64,000 nucleotides of DNA from Amoeboaphelidium protococcarum X5 (taxonomy: Eukaryota > Fungi > Aphelidiomycota), in assembly GCA_023515725.1 (NCBI GenBank), contig JALDTO010000057.1, forward strand, positions 248,001 through 312,000. The letters run 5' to 3'. A program made the position numbers and the translations under genes. The number at the start of each line of letters is the position of its first letter. Positions within the stretch are counted from its first letter, which is position 1. Positions 9,807-25,200 of the stretch are shown here, in pieces. Under the pieces are notes generated by a model. That model was not told the origin of the DNA, did no database searches, and saw nothing but the letters and a program-made list of their open reading frames with translations.

Positions 9807-12206
9807 ATGAGTTCAGGTAGCGGTAGTAGTAGTAGTAATTATCCTCCGTAACAGTAGTAGTTTTAGATGAAGGGTCCTAGCAAGATTAAAATCAAAAACT
9901 TTGTAAAGCCCAAGCTGCCTGCTGATTTCTTCTAGACCAATATAAAGCTGTTGACTGATGGCCTCATGTAGCTGTATTAAAAGAGTCCTGATGTGTCATA
10001 CGAATCTTTGTACAAGACTTGCCAACTGCTTTGCACATATCGGTACGCGGAGTAGGCTTACGAACACGTCATTTCTCAGTTTAGGCACATTCTGCAAGAG
10101 ATTAATCTAACTTTGGCCTAAAGTAGCAGCACCGATAATAATTAGGATGATAAAGTTAATAGTAATAGGAAGCCTCTAAAAATTCTGGAATCATATCGAT
10201 TATTTAAAGACTTTCTGTCAATTTGTAAATCAGTGTTGCTGCATATTGAGAATCATCTCGCTTCTCGGTAATAGTCGCTGTACGTTGATGGTATTGAACT
10301 GTTTAAAGAGTTGATAGTCAAATAGAGTGGAAATTAACGATATCTGTAGTAGTTTATAGTTTCCAATTATAGTTTGGACTCTGGAGATGGATTAGATGGT
10401 TCTGCAGAGCTTATGGAGACTGTCAAGGGCTTGATGACAATGACACTGGATTTGGGCATATACCATCAATATATTCAGCCGTTGATGATGGAAGATCGAA
10501 GAAGGTTTTATGTTACGGATTCAGCAGAGTAAGTTAAATTAGCTGATGGAGATTTGTGCAAGTACCTGCTGTATTGTCGTCGTGTGATCAAGACTGAATA
10601 GAGTCGACCTCATATACCTCTGATAATTGACAAGTCGCCTATTTTGCATCATGTCAAGATTCAATTAATACTTTATCATCGCTAGTTTATTCTTGATTAT
10701 TGCGATCAATTATTCTAATTGAGGTAGATGAGTATCCAGGATGGCAGCAATGGTACTAGTGATGAAGAGTAATCCCCGCTTGGTTAGAATGAAGAAGTGG
10801 ACCAAGATTTAGCACGTTTGTGCTTTACCTATGTCAATGACGTTGGCTTTACGGAATAACTGAGAGTGGCGCTGATGAATAAGTTTGTAGATGTCGGGAG
10901 TCCTATTGTTAAATCTGGTGAAGATGTTGACATGATTCGAAAGTTGCTGCTGTTGAAAGCCAAGACTGATTAGATGATTGCCGCGGTTGATCGCGCCAAA
11001 TTGACTTTAGAAGATATTCAAAAGTACAGAGATGGTGTACACGATTGCATGACCAAGGTGGTGAATGTAAGAGAGGATAAACCGGCGGAATTGCTTGCCA
11101 AGTATTTTGATTAGATGCTTAAAGAACGGTAGACTGATGAGCAGATGATTGACTAGCTGTTGACATTATTTCGGTATATCAAAGGTAAAGATACGTTTGA
11201 AGCATTCTATAAAAAGGACTTGAGTAAGAGACTATTACTTGGAAAGAGTAACAGTGTGGAGTATGAGAAGAATGTCCTTGCCAAGTTGCGACTTGAGTGT
11301 GGTGCATCTTTCACTGTGAAGCTGGAAGGGATGTTTAAGGATATTGAAGTGTCTAAAGATCTAAACCGGGATTTCAAGGCATCTTATTTATCATCAGCGG
11401 GTGGTAGCACTCTAAGCGTCAGTGATTCTAATATTGACAGTGGTGCTAGTCCTCCAGCAAAGCGTCATAAATAGCCTGTGCGCAAGATTGATTTGTACGT
11501 GAATGTGTTGACACTTGGTTACTGGCCGTCTTGGCCTCCCGTCACGCTTAAACTGCCAGAGTTTATGCAGACGCAGTTGGATGAATTCAAGAGTTTCTAT
11601 GTGGATCGACATAATGGAAGGCGTATAACATTTTAACATAATTTGGATTATCTGCTTCTGAATGCGCAATTTCCAAAGGGCGATAAGGAGTTGAGTGTCT
11701 CCTTGTATTAAGGTGTAGTGCTGTTATTATTTAATGAGACTGGATGTGAGTAATTATCGTTTCTGGATATTAAAGCACAATGTGGACTTGAAGATTAGGA
11801 GTTGAGGCGTACTCTGTAATCCCTAGCATGTGGCAAGGTGCGAGTATTGACCAAGACACCGAAAGGCAAAGACGTGCTGGACCAAGATGTATTCCGAGTT
11901 AACGAGTCTTTTACTCACAAGTTGCATCGTGTCAAGATCAACACCATCCAGTATAAAGAGACCCCGAAAGAGTAAAAGTAGACTCATGAGCAGGTTAGCG
12001 TTGATCGGTCACATCAGCTGGATGCAGCCATTGTGCGCGTAATGAAGAGCAGACAAAAGATGAGCCACGCAATGCTAATGCAGGAAGTTATGGCGTTGTG
12101 CAAGTTTCCAATGACTGCTCAGGATTTCAAGAAGCGTATAGAGTCTCTTCTAGATCGTGAATACATCGAGCGCGAAGATGGTAATAGTTACCGTTATCTT
12201 GCATGA
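9807..12206 (+). CDS. CUL4: Cullin-4 (799 aa)
   Basis: [14 protein letters not shown]-terminus, [42 protein letters not shown] neddylation motif, ends YRYLA-TGA. Confidence 0.93.
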
Positions 12207-12366
12207 TATTCGAGTGATTGATTTGGTTGATTATGATAACAATACTGTTAGGAAATTTTAAATAAAGACAGCCAATTTAACTTAGATATTTTTATGGCTT
12301 GTAAACACCATCATTGAATCGCTGATCTTTAGCAATTCAATGATGTAACCACCCTCATTCATACAA

Positions 12367-13847
12367 TCACAGAGCATAATTCTCTAGCCCTTGGCCTTCG
12401 ATAGCAGCCCAGCTGGCGTCGCGATTCAACACAACTTGCACATTGCCCAACATCTTCTCCTTAAATCCAGCTTCACAGTAGGAAAGGTAGTAAAGCCACT
12501 TGTTCTTGAATTCCTAACCATAAAATGGCTCCTTACGCGTACCTCCATAACCCAAAGCTTGGGCAATTAAACCACTACCGCCATCAGGCTTTTCGACATA
12601 CTTTGGAAAGGTGGCCAGCTGGTCATAAGTCTACAAAAATCTATCTCTCCACTCACGCAAAGTACGAGCATAATGCACACCAATGTTCTCCAAATTCTCA
12701 ATAATCAACTAGTTACCCGTGCCAGCAGATATAGCATTAGTAAGCGCAGTCACAGATGGACAATGACCACCAGGGAAAATGTACTTCTAAATGAAATCAA
12801 CACCTTTACAGTAAGCATCGTATCTCGTCTCCGGCATCGTTATACACTAGAATACCATCACACCGTCGCGCTAATTCAGCATTTAATTCACCACCTAGAA
12901 GTAAGTATTCAAAAACTGTGGACCCACAGCTTCAATCATCTCTATGGACACTATCTTGTTGAATGAATGCAGTGGGAATACTTTGGGCAAGTCACGATAA
13001 TCCATCAATCGGATATCAATCTTGCGACTATGCTCACTTGGCAGGAGAGAGACTCTCTTGCAAGCATAAGCATACTACTGACTGGATAGAGTGATACTTG
13101 TCACCTTGCAGCCAAACTTTTAGACAGCCTCGATGGCGAACGTGCCCCATCCAGTACCGATTTCCAGGACATTATCAGAAGCTTTGAGGCGGGCTTTATC
13201 AAAAATCATTTACAATTTGCGCATCTACGCCTTGTACAAAGCACCCTGACCCTGACCATCAGACTCGGCAAACACGGCGCTGGAATACATCATGCTGTCA
13301 TCCAAAAACTTGGTAAATAGTTCATTTCCAATGTCATAATGAGCACTGATGTTGGACAGGGAATTCCTGATAGTATTGGCGAGCATGTTATGAGTTATGA
13401 CGTACTAGATGTTGCCTACTGAAGCAGTTGCCAAGTTCAAATTGTTCAAGTTGGCAGAGTTCTTGGTGTAGATCTATAACAATTTGGTCAAATCATCAAC
13501 CACAATCTCGCCCATGATGTACGCCTCACTGAATCCAATGTCTGCATGCAACAACAGTCTAGTGTAAAAGTAGGCATCTTTCACGGTGAGCTGAGCACTT
13601 AACTGGCCTTTTTGAAATGATCCATAGACTTTACGATTTGTTTCGTCATTAGCAACATCTTCAGCATTGGCAGAAGTACCAGCATACTCTTCCACAACAG
13701 TCAACTGACCGATGGAAATGCGACTAATCAGAGCGTGAAATACTGAGCGGCCTACATTCGTTCATAAGACATTGTTCAACAATGACGTAGCCACATGGGA
13801 TAAAGCTTACCTATAGAATTGGACGCTTTAATGGCAATGGCCGACAT
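12367..13847 (-). CDS. Cyclopropane-fatty-acyl-phospholipid synthase family methyltransferase (473 aa; intron 13752-13810)
   Basis: DIGFSEAYIMGE, NISAHYDIGNELF, VLEIGTGWG, SIEMIEAVG, FIQKYIFPGG, YYLSYCEAGF; a 59-nt GTAAGC..TAG intron restores the frame. Confidence 0.9.
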
Positions 13848-14624
13848 TTTTTACCAAAAGACAGAATGTTTTTAAAATTACTAATGAAAGATAGAGAATA
13901 AACAGCAGCCGAGCAGAATTATCAACTGTATACCGAATGAATACAAAAAATGAACCTGCCTGCAGACAGCACAGAGAATAATTGAGTGAATGAATGAAAG
14001 AATCGATTGTCTGAAATGACCGCTCGCTTGATGACAAATCGCCGGCAAGTCGCTGGGGCGAGTGGCTGAGTGCGAGCCGAAAATTTGGTTTCATCTCCAT
14101 GATGATCGCGCTTTCTTTAGGCTTCTGCGGTTCATAGCAACACATCCATCGGTCAATGACGTAATTTTATGGTATCTGTCTAGAAACTGTTTATTAGTGC
14201 GCGCGTTTCACGTTACTCAGATCAATGATTTAATGATAGAGTGCTCATACGGTAATAAGGCATTACAAATAACGTGTTCCAACTACTGTGCATATTGTTT
14301 ACTGAAACAGTTGAAGGCTGGCAAGAGTATACATTGATATTCATTGATTACTTTTATCATGGATTTACTTTTCAAAGATAAGTTGTAATTTAATCCAGGT
14401 ATCAAGTCTTTACCAGTTTCAGCTGGGATATATTTAACTTTCAGCAAAAGATATCCAGAATATAGTACTTTCAACCATGTTTCGCCGTGATCTCTCCACC
14501 TCTCTCGTTCCTCTCTTTGTGTCTCTTTGCCTTCTCGTTCGCTCCATCACCGTCCTAGTTCGATACTAGTCATAGTTGCGTTTATCACATTAATAATCTA
14601 AACCTTTGTTAGAGTACTTTGGAA

Positions 14625-15899
14625 ATGGTGGTGGCGAGTAGAAAATAGTAGTAGTAATCCGCTGTTGATATTAAGAAGGCTCAATCTAGCAAGTCGCTGG
14701 CTAAGTAGTCAATCGTGTCAGAGTCGGTCGCTGATAGTAATATCGTGCCAGTTGCAGAGTGGTATGAGCCAATTATTGATAATGGATACATTCCAGATTT
14801 TGTTCTACGTCCGCTGGTCAGAACTCTGCTTGGTTATAGGACTAGCGTAGTTAATGCAGCCTCTTAGGAGGATGTATGCCAGAACAGAATGCAGTTTGTC
14901 AAGCAGCTGAAGTCCAGTAAAGTTGCATTGAATACCAAGGAGGCTAATGAGCAGCATTATGAAGTTCCATCCGAGTTCATCCAGATGTGTCTGGGTTAAA
15001 GACTCAAGTATTCCTGTTGTCTATTCCCAACTCAAAAAGGTGGTAAGAGCGCCGTGATGGTGGTGAATGATGGCGATCTGGATTCAGCTGAGGAGCGCAT
15101 GTTGGCCAGCTACTGCGAGAAAGCCCAGCTGGTTGATGGTCAATCTGTACTTGATCTTGGATGTGGATGGGGATCACTGTCTTTGTATCTGGCTGAGAAG
15201 TATCCTAAATCCAAGATTACTGGTTTGAGCAATAGCAAGACTTAGAAGCAGCACATTGACTCTGTGGCCAAGAGTAAAGGCTTCAAGAACTTGACTATTA
15301 TTACGGCAGATGTCAATGAGTTCGACACTAGCTAGAAGCAGTTTGATCGTATCGTATCCATTGAGATGTTGGAGCATATGAAAAATTATCAGCAGCTGTT
15401 CACCAAGATCTCGGGCTGGTTAAAGGATGAAGGGCTGTTCTTTTGTCACATATTCTGTCACAAGAGTTGGCCGTATCATTTTAAGGTGGATGAGAGACAT
15501 AGCTGGATGGCTCGTAACTTCTTCACTGGCGGCACTATGCCAAGTGCTGACCTATTCTTGTATTTCCAGGATTCAATGACTCTGGTGGATCAGTGGATAG
15601 TGAATGGGATGCATTATGCTCACACTAGTGAGAATTGGCTCTCGTTGATGGATAAGAACAAGGCAAAAGCTCTGGATGTGCTAAAGCAGTCACAGCTTGA
15701 GTATCTGTAATCCAAAGATGGTGATAATGCCGATAAACTCTCTCCATAAGATTTGGATAAGAAGGCGTCCGACGAGGCTTACAAGTGGTTTGTCAAGTGG
15801 AGAATCTTTTACATCAGTGTCGCTGAGCTATTTGCATACAACCAGGGGGAGGAGTGGTATGTTGGTCATTACTTGTTCCAGAAGAAAACCAAAAATTGA
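14625..15899 (+). CDS. CMAS / coclaurine N-methyltransferase-like SAM methyltransferase (424 aa)
   Basis: [71 protein letters not shown]. Confidence 0.9.
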
Positions 15900-16002
15900 G
15901 ACTGATACACTGGGTCAATGAATAATATTTATATGTTCAATTCGTATTTGATCTTTTGATTTACTATCATCTATTCACCGTAGATGTGTTTATTTATTCA
16001 TT

Positions 16003-17721
16003 TCAGTACAAGCGTAAGCTTTTGAGAATACGACTGCAGAGACCAATCCAAAAGTTGAGCCACGTGAGAATGACCAGCGTGTACAGCTCAGAAATGTAAG
16101 ATAAACCAATGCGCTTAGATTTGGCGATATTGTCCAACTAAGCATCGTGGTTATTCAGTATATCATCAATCTCGATGGGTGAATCCATTTAAAATGAATC
16201 CGTCGGACCATACTACGCGCTTTTAATGCCAACTTCGTGTAGATGGCTGGCATCATATACACCAATCGGAGATTTGGCACCAACCAGAGCTGCCATACTA
16301 AGCCCACTAAATAATCCATCCTCATGAAATCCATAGCCGGCCCAAGCACCTCCAAACAAACGTTTATTTCCACCTGGGCGTACAGTGTCTTGGTTGATAC
16401 ATCTCAACTCCTCTTACGCTTCAACTAAATCCTTATTGTATAGAGGATGACGATACTCAATTTTCTGTATAGTATTACTAGGTTCCTTGATCGGATTCAA
16501 AGTCACTAAAACCTGACCATACTTTTACTCATCAATAGACTGCAATAGATTCATCCAATAAGTTAGACAAACTGATCCATTCTTCTTTTACTCTTACATG
16601 ACTTGAAATGAGCCACTACGATCGACTTTTCCACTTTCAGACTAATCCTGGCAGATATAGTTCCATGCAGACCAAGTAGATCTAATACGAGGCATCAGAG
16701 ACAGATCAGAATGTACATACGCCACATTAGGACTATACTTTACCTTGGAAAGGACCTTCTTCTCATTAACTGAGGGATCTTTCAACAACTTCAGAGCTTA
16801 ATCACCATGGCAGGCAAACAGAACGTAATCGAATTCCTATACACCACCTTTTGCATCCCGGATAACATTGCGTGCAGTAGAAGAGTCATGACTGACTTCA
16901 ACCACCGCACAGTCAGTCTTTATAGATTTTACGCGTTTCAATGCGGGCTGAATGTAAGAGCATGAACCATTATCAACTGTGTACCACACTGGACGTTCTT
17001 CCAAGATGGATAACAGACCGTGGTTGAGCATAAATCGAATCAGAGTCACAGCAGGAAATTAGGCAAAGCACGCATCTGCATCAGTGGACCAGATTGAAGC
17101 AGTCATAGGAATCAAATAATTGTCTATAAAGTACTAGGAGAACCCATAGTATTCCAGATACTTTCCAATAGACCAGTCCTTCATCTGCGGACTCTTGAGA
17201 AGCTGAGGGGCACAATAACTAAACCTGAATATGTCTAAAACCATCAAGTAATGGGAGAGATTAAGCAAGTTGGACGTTTAGGCAAATACTGTCCACAGAC
17301 CACCACCAGACCATTCCAAATCTCTCTATACTCCAAATACCAAGCGACTAAGAACTTTTAAGGGATTAAACTTAGATACAAAGCCACTAGCGCGAGAATT
17401 ATCTTAATCATTGAAGCGTCTAGAAACTGCAAAGGACATATCGCTTCCCTTGTATGGAACAGCCAACTTTTCGAGGAAGCGAACAAAGTTGGGATAAGTG
17501 CGCTTATTAAAAACGATGAATCCAGTGTCAACAGGAATTGAACCATCAAATTCAGCAGGATTCTTGAACTAGATAGTATTAGTGTGACCACCAAGTCGAT
17601 CAGCAGCTTCATACAATGTAACTTCAAATCCATCAGTGTTAGACAGGCTCCAAGCAGCGCCAACTCCAGTTATTCCACTTCCAATGACGGCAACTTTTTT
17701 ATTAGACTATTATTCGGGCAT
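16003..17721 (-). CDS. FAD/NAD-binding oxidoreductase, COG2907-type (572 aa)
   Basis: VAVIGSGITG, RLGGHTNT, VDTGFIVFN..TYPNF, SDMSFAVS, GAWAGYGFHEDGLFSG. Confidence 0.88.
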
Positions 17722-18061
17722 ACTCTCTTACTTAACTGATATACTGCGTTATTACAGTTCAAAAAGGAGCGAGATGATGATTTACTGTACTGAGTGAGGA
17801 AAGGCGTCTAACGAAGAAATCCACAGCACGATTAAGACTGAAGAACAACGCGCAGTTGAATTGGAGCGCGACAAAGCTCAAGTGCCGTCGGAGGATGAAA
17901 CACGCGCCTTTTCAGCTCGGTTTCATTGCGATACGAGTATGTAGCGTCAACTGTGTACTATATTCTGATGGGAATTGTGAATATATTCTAGCAATATCGC
18001 GCTCTAAATCTTGCCATAATAAAAAATTAAAAAGAGAAACATAAATAAGCACAGTGACGTA

Positions 18062-18712
18062 TCAAAGTAAATTGTATTTCTGCGCATATACATGAAGATT
18101 CCTGAGTGGCTTTATGAGGATAGGCAACTTGACGCGAGATTTCGTATCCTCATCAGTGCCAATTCTAAGAGCATATTCTGTATCAAAACTTTCACTCAGT
18201 AGATCAAGTCTATCCGGATCTGAGATATTACTTCCTTTATTCTTATTGTCAACCTAGATACTCTGACCAGTTTCAAACAGCATTTTATAAATCACATCAA
18301 TAGCAGTTTCAAATTCACTTGAGCTGTCCAACTTTAGTTACGTGTTGCCTGCTTCATGATGGTTAAACAGAGAGTACAAATCCAATTATTTACATAGAGT
18401 GAACGCATTTTTACATTAGAAACGCTTGTCATTTACATTATCCCAGAACTAGTACCATTCAGTGTCATTTTTTGCCACGTTCATTATATTTACAGACGGT
18501 CTATTACTGCAGACGGTACTAAACGGAACACCATCAGTTCCATACTTCTAAATCGGATGTCTAGTTCTATGCGGTCTCTGCGTACGATTAGCATTATATT
18601 ACTAAACTTGTCTAGTATATGGCTTATCATTCCTTTCAGTTCTTTAACGTGATGTTGATGAATACTGCTGATTGTGTGCATTCGCTCTTGGATAGTTTCT
18701 ATTGGGCGGCAT
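18062..18712 (-). CDS. Hypothetical protein (216 aa)
   Basis: Open ATG to TGA under TAR=Gln; basic/Gln-rich N-terminus; no recognised motif. Confidence 0.6.
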
Positions 18713-18840
18713 TGTTACTAAGAGTTTCCGAGTGTTTCTTTAACAGACGAACGACTTTACTTGGATCTGAAGAACGCGGCGTCTGTTCGTACAATCACTG
18801 ATCTCATTCCCGATTTTAGATTAATATTATCGGATTCTAT

Positions 18841-19629
18841 ATGAAGTTGATAATATCGCATAGCGGTAAGAGAGTGGAAGTTGTGTTCCCTTAGATGGAA
18901 CCGAATACGTTAAAGCTGTCAGAGGTGAAAGGCAGAGTAGCACGGGAATTCAATGTTGATCCGGCGTCTATAAAGCTTCTGCACAGTGGCATAATCTTGA
19001 AGGATTCCAAGAGTAAAAGCGGTCGCACAATGCAGGATTTTGGTATCAAAGATGGAGATTTTCTGATGCTTATCGGGCACAAGGTTCTCCCTTAATCGTC
19101 GTCTAGGATGCCGAAAGTAGATTAGAGCAGCACCGCCAATAACGCAATGAGACGCGATGAAGTTGAGTTGATATAGAAACGATAATAAGATCTCGTCAGA
19201 CTTTAAGGCTTGTAGAATAAGATTAATGCAGAGCGATAAAAGTATAGACAGGTAGCGTTGGATTATTTGCTCCAATTCGAGTCTAAAGTGTATTAGGCCA
19301 TTTCGTTGGATAGCAGAAAGTCAAGATAGTATGAGCTTATCATTGAATCGCGTCCTATTGAAGTTGATTCTGAGGGCGGTGATAGTGGTCAATAGATTCC
19401 TTACTCTGACTTGGATAAGTCTCACAAGTTTATAAATGAGCTACTTATGCGTATCCTAATATCGCTGGATGGTGTGAGCATTCCAATGGTGGAAGATTTG
19501 TAGATTGACGATGCCGAGTAGAGTATTGATCAACTGCGATAATCCCGTAGGAGTGTCGTCGCCTAGATATACGCTCTGCTTCATCATATTGACGCGTTAA
19601 AGGACTTGATTAAAGTTGATTAACCGTGA
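18841..19629 (+). CDS. Ubiquitin-like plus BAG domain co-chaperone (262 aa)
   Basis: UBL (IKLLHSGIILKD...FGIKDGDFLMLIG) and BAG helices (NELLMRILISLDGV...RQSRRSVVAQI). Confidence 0.8.
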
Positions 19630-19792
19630 TGTTCTCTTTATATAATATTGAATTATTCGAATGGTTTAAGCATTGTATCTTAGACTGTCTTGATCGCTCA
19701 AGACTCATGTAAGGCCATGATAACACTAAAGAAGCATATAATATAGTCAAGTATTAACTATATTATGCTCATAAGTAATGAAATTCTAATAA

Positions 19793-20362
19793 TCATACAC
19801 TACCTCCTACTGCTTGCTTTGGAACATTAACTGAAAATTCCTGGACATTATCAGATTTCTAATTCATAGACTTGTTCTTCTTGGTAAGCATGTCTGGATT
19901 CTTCTTCAAATAGTCTGCAATAGCTGATCTAACAGCATCCTCAGCTAGCATACTACAATGCAATTTTACAGGTGGTAGAGATAGTTCTTTTGCAATCACA
20001 GTGTTTCCAATGACATCACGCTTAGCACTCACCTCAGGCTTACCATCGTCATTCAATCGGATGTCCACAACATCATCCACCATCAATCCCTTGATCTTCT
20101 CCGTGGCAAAGGAGCTACTAGCAATAGCACTACCACAGCCAAAAGTCTTGAATTTCACATCCTCAATCCTCAGAGTGTCAGCGTTAATCTTCACCTGCAA
20201 TTTCATCACATCACCACACGCAGGTGCTCCCACCAGTCCGGTGCCCACATCTTTGGCACTCTTGGGCATCGATCCCACATTTCTGGGATTAGCGTAATGG
20301 TCCAACACCTTCTGATGATAATATCTTACATTAATCGCACGTCTCATAATAAATCTCTGCAT
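19793..20362 (-). CDS. ISU1: Mitochondrial Fe-S scaffold protein (189 aa)
   Basis: YHQKVLDHYANPRNVG, APACGDVMKLQ, FKTFGCGSAIASSS, LPPVKLHCSMLAEDA; Arg-rich presequence. Confidence 0.95.
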
Positions 20363-21005
20363 TTTGATACTAGAATTTGATTCCCGATAGCTTTGATTAT
20401 AATAGTGATGATGATAGTAAAGACAAACTAGAGAGATTAACGGAGAGAAGAAAAAGGAAAAAGATTTCGTGATCGGCATTTAAATGACGTGTTTCATTGA
20501 ACAATGATACAGCTGAAGAAATGTAGACGTATGTATGCTATTTAAGGCTTGAATATTAAGGCTTCCATAATACATAACTTGGATTGTGTGAGTATAGTTA
20601 AAAATTTTGCTAATCTAAGAATTTGTGGACATGGACGGATGTTATGGCAGTGACTCGTCATAAAGCAATCACGGACATTCTTGTTGCACACGTAAAGTTT
20701 ATTTACTGTGACTGCAATCGCTACTCAATAAAACGCTTACAGTGTAGTTGACAAATATATCGAGCTATCTGATATGGTCATTGTATCGATGAAAGTGATC
20801 CGAGTTGAACACCCACTGTGTAATCTCAATTTCTTCAATTTAGACAATCACATGTGCACGCATCACATGAAATCAATCTCGAGGTAAAATCGCGTCTAAT
20901 CTCGTGCGAAAAGCTTTTTTGACATTCACAGGCACAGTCTCTTCTGCCTTCTTCTCTTGCCATATTAAAATTCATCGACCCATCCGCTCAGCAATAATAA
21001 TTAAT

Positions 21006-21977
21006 ATGTATTATCGAATTATAATTATATTTCTATACATTATATCGTCATTCTATGCGAATCTCTCGGTCTAAGCCAAGAATGTTGTGCCTGTGATCCC
21101 GATGATGTCCGCGGCTTTCAATGAGGTGCCGAATGTGATCTACGCAGGTCGCGATTTCTAAATAGTCTACTGCTGGCCAAAGGCAAGAGGTAAGCTTTGG
21201 AGCTATGTGAACGTTGGATTCAGGTTTTCGCGTAAAGTCGGTCGTGGTAGGAAGAAGAAGAAAGTACTGACTAAATTTGAGCCAGTTAGAGCTGTGCCCA
21301 TTTGGACTGATTACCGTTACATCAATAGCAAATACAGTGTGAATCGTTGCGCGCGTCTAAAATTTATGGCGCCGGGGGAACTGCAGACTGGTAGGTATTA
21401 TTTGACTGCATTAGGCGGCAAGACTCAACGCTCTAAAGTATATACTGCGCGGTCTTTTGCCGTCAGGAGTTTCCAGTCGTAGGCGAGAGATATCAAGCAG
21501 TTTGTGGTCAAGTTTGACTAATCTGGTGGATTTTATGTCACATCTGCTAATGTCCCCTCTGATATTAGAGTAATGTATAGCTAAATACATGATGCTTATC
21601 AGGTCTTTCTTTAATAATTTATCTAGGATATGAAAACCGCAGCTGCTCTTATCGAGTAATCAGATCCTAATCGGGAGTTCCATGACAGAGAGGGGGCTAT
21701 GAGATATGCTTCTGCTATTGGAATATAGAAAGATCCATCGCTCGTCGTAAATCCTAACGATTTTGTGTCGGATCATGATCCTTTTCTTAATGCTTTAGGC
21801 TCTTATAATCGAGGAGTATTATTTATGGATAAAGTGATTGATAGATTCTTGAACAGCCCAGACAATTGGAAAAAGTTTATTGGACTTTAAGCTGTGTATG
21901 CCCGCTCAAAGCTAGTTAAAAAGAAAGACTTTCTGGACCATTTGTATGCTATTTATTATAAAAGATAATAGAAATGA
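21006..21977 (+). CDS. Secreted hypothetical protein with basic cluster (323 aa)
   Basis: Signal-like MYYRIIIIFLYIISSFYANLSVQA; RKVGRGRKKKK; open to TGA21977. Confidence 0.72.
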
Positions 21978-22008
21978 TGAATGATTAAAATGAAGTTGAT
22001 TTCTTGAC

Positions 22009-23517
<1,509 letters not shown>

Positions 23518-23642
23518 ACTTGAATCTACGATGCTAACCTGCTATAAAGAGCGCGTCGCTATTGGACACAAAGTTTTGATGTATGTCGAAGAATGTGAAG
23601 ATTTTGAATTTATTAAGTCAAACGCGTTAAGATTTTCAATAT

Positions 23643-24635
23643 TCACCAGCGATAAGCATCGCTATCGCCAATAAATTCTTTAAAAGCAGGCTTAAACTAT
23701 CGAAAACTGTCTACCAGAGAATCACAGTCATTCTTGTGAAACTCTTCCCGGGCTTTGTGCATAAGTTCCTTCAGTTGCAACACGCGTCGCTCCGGATTGG
23801 GATGAGTTGAGAGAAACTGAGGCAAGGAGCCCTTCTTCTCTGTCAGCACCGCCATCTTTCGCCAGAACGTGATAGCCTCTGATGGCTCATAGCATGCCTG
23901 AGACATCAACATTAGACCGAGATAATCCGCCTCTTCTTCACATCGACGACTGAACGGCAAGTTGAATCCCAGAGAGAAGAAGACTGGATTGAACACGATA
24001 TTCGCAGCATCTGACCCAATAAAGAGCGAAGCCAACAATTTCATAAACATTGCAAGTTTGAGGAAAGACAGTTTCTCTGCTGTATGACGCGCATAAACGT
24101 GGCAAATTTCATGAGCGAGCACTGTTGCCAGCTAAGACTCGTTCTCTATCATCTTGAGGAGGCCAGTGAACACAAAAATTTTCCCATTAGGTAGCACAAA
24201 CGCATTCTACTCATCCTAGTCTATAACATTAATTTCCCACTCGGTACTTGATTGTATTTATGCTTTATTTATCAGCTTTTGTGATACCCTCTTGACCAAC
24301 CGGGTATAGGGATGAAATTGAGGGAGAAGCTGGTTCTTAAACTGAGACATTACAGAGTTGTACGCGAACTGTCCCATTTACACTTCATCCTGTGTGGATA
24401 CATTCATAAAACGTCTTCTATTACTCAGCGGCACCGTTTCAAGATGATAAACGTAATACATTCCCAACAATAGTGATGATCCGCCGGCGAAATACCATAT
24501 CCGTCGATCTTGAAAAGGTTATTATCGTGCTCTATTATTAAAAAATTGATATTGAGACTGACTCCTCCGTATGAGAAGCGGCTTATTGAATAACTTAAGT
24601 GTACTGAATCTTTATAATTTGAATATCTAAAGCAT
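23643..24635 (-). CDS. OMA1: Mitochondrial M48 metalloprotease (330 aa)
   Basis: HLETVPLSNRRRF, NAFVLPNGKIFVFTG, HEICH, SRRCEEEAD, FLSTHP. Confidence 0.9.
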
Positions 24636-25200
24636 ATTACTATACTCTGTCGCCAGTATGGAATATCTAAGCAGTTTTGAATTTCGATATGATCGATGGA
24701 GAGAAAAGATGGAAGGAACATGAAGAGAAGTATTGGAGCATAAAACCGGCCCTTACCTCTTCGGTAAAGCGATATAGATGGTCTTCATTGTATTTCCTTT
24801 TTATACAGATGTTGATACGCGTGGCTTTTCACGATTTAATAACAGTTCTGTGTAATATCTGCATTAGGAAGCATAAACTCTCGCGATAATACGAATTTCT
24901 TGCATGAAAAGCCAGTTCATTTTACAATTTATTTATTAGACATACAAATCTGAGTTCGTCGAACAAATTGGTGATGTTTATGTTTGAAAATTTACGTGAC
25001 TGCGTAAGTTGGACGAAGTTGCAAGTATGTCGTTCTCTACCTGATCTAGAAGCTAATGAATATCCCGCGTTTTCGTCGTAAAATCTTGTTATTATTGAAT
25101 TTGATTACAATTCAACTGCACTTTAACCTCATGTTGTCAACTTTATGGTAAAAAGAACACAAGAAAACACCTGATATGGAGTTGACATAGCTCAAATGTC

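Noticed and set aside
20363-20479. Extended Isu1 N-terminus in the track (start 20479)
   Set aside because: ATG20362 already gives a typical presequence; the upstream part looks like UTR.
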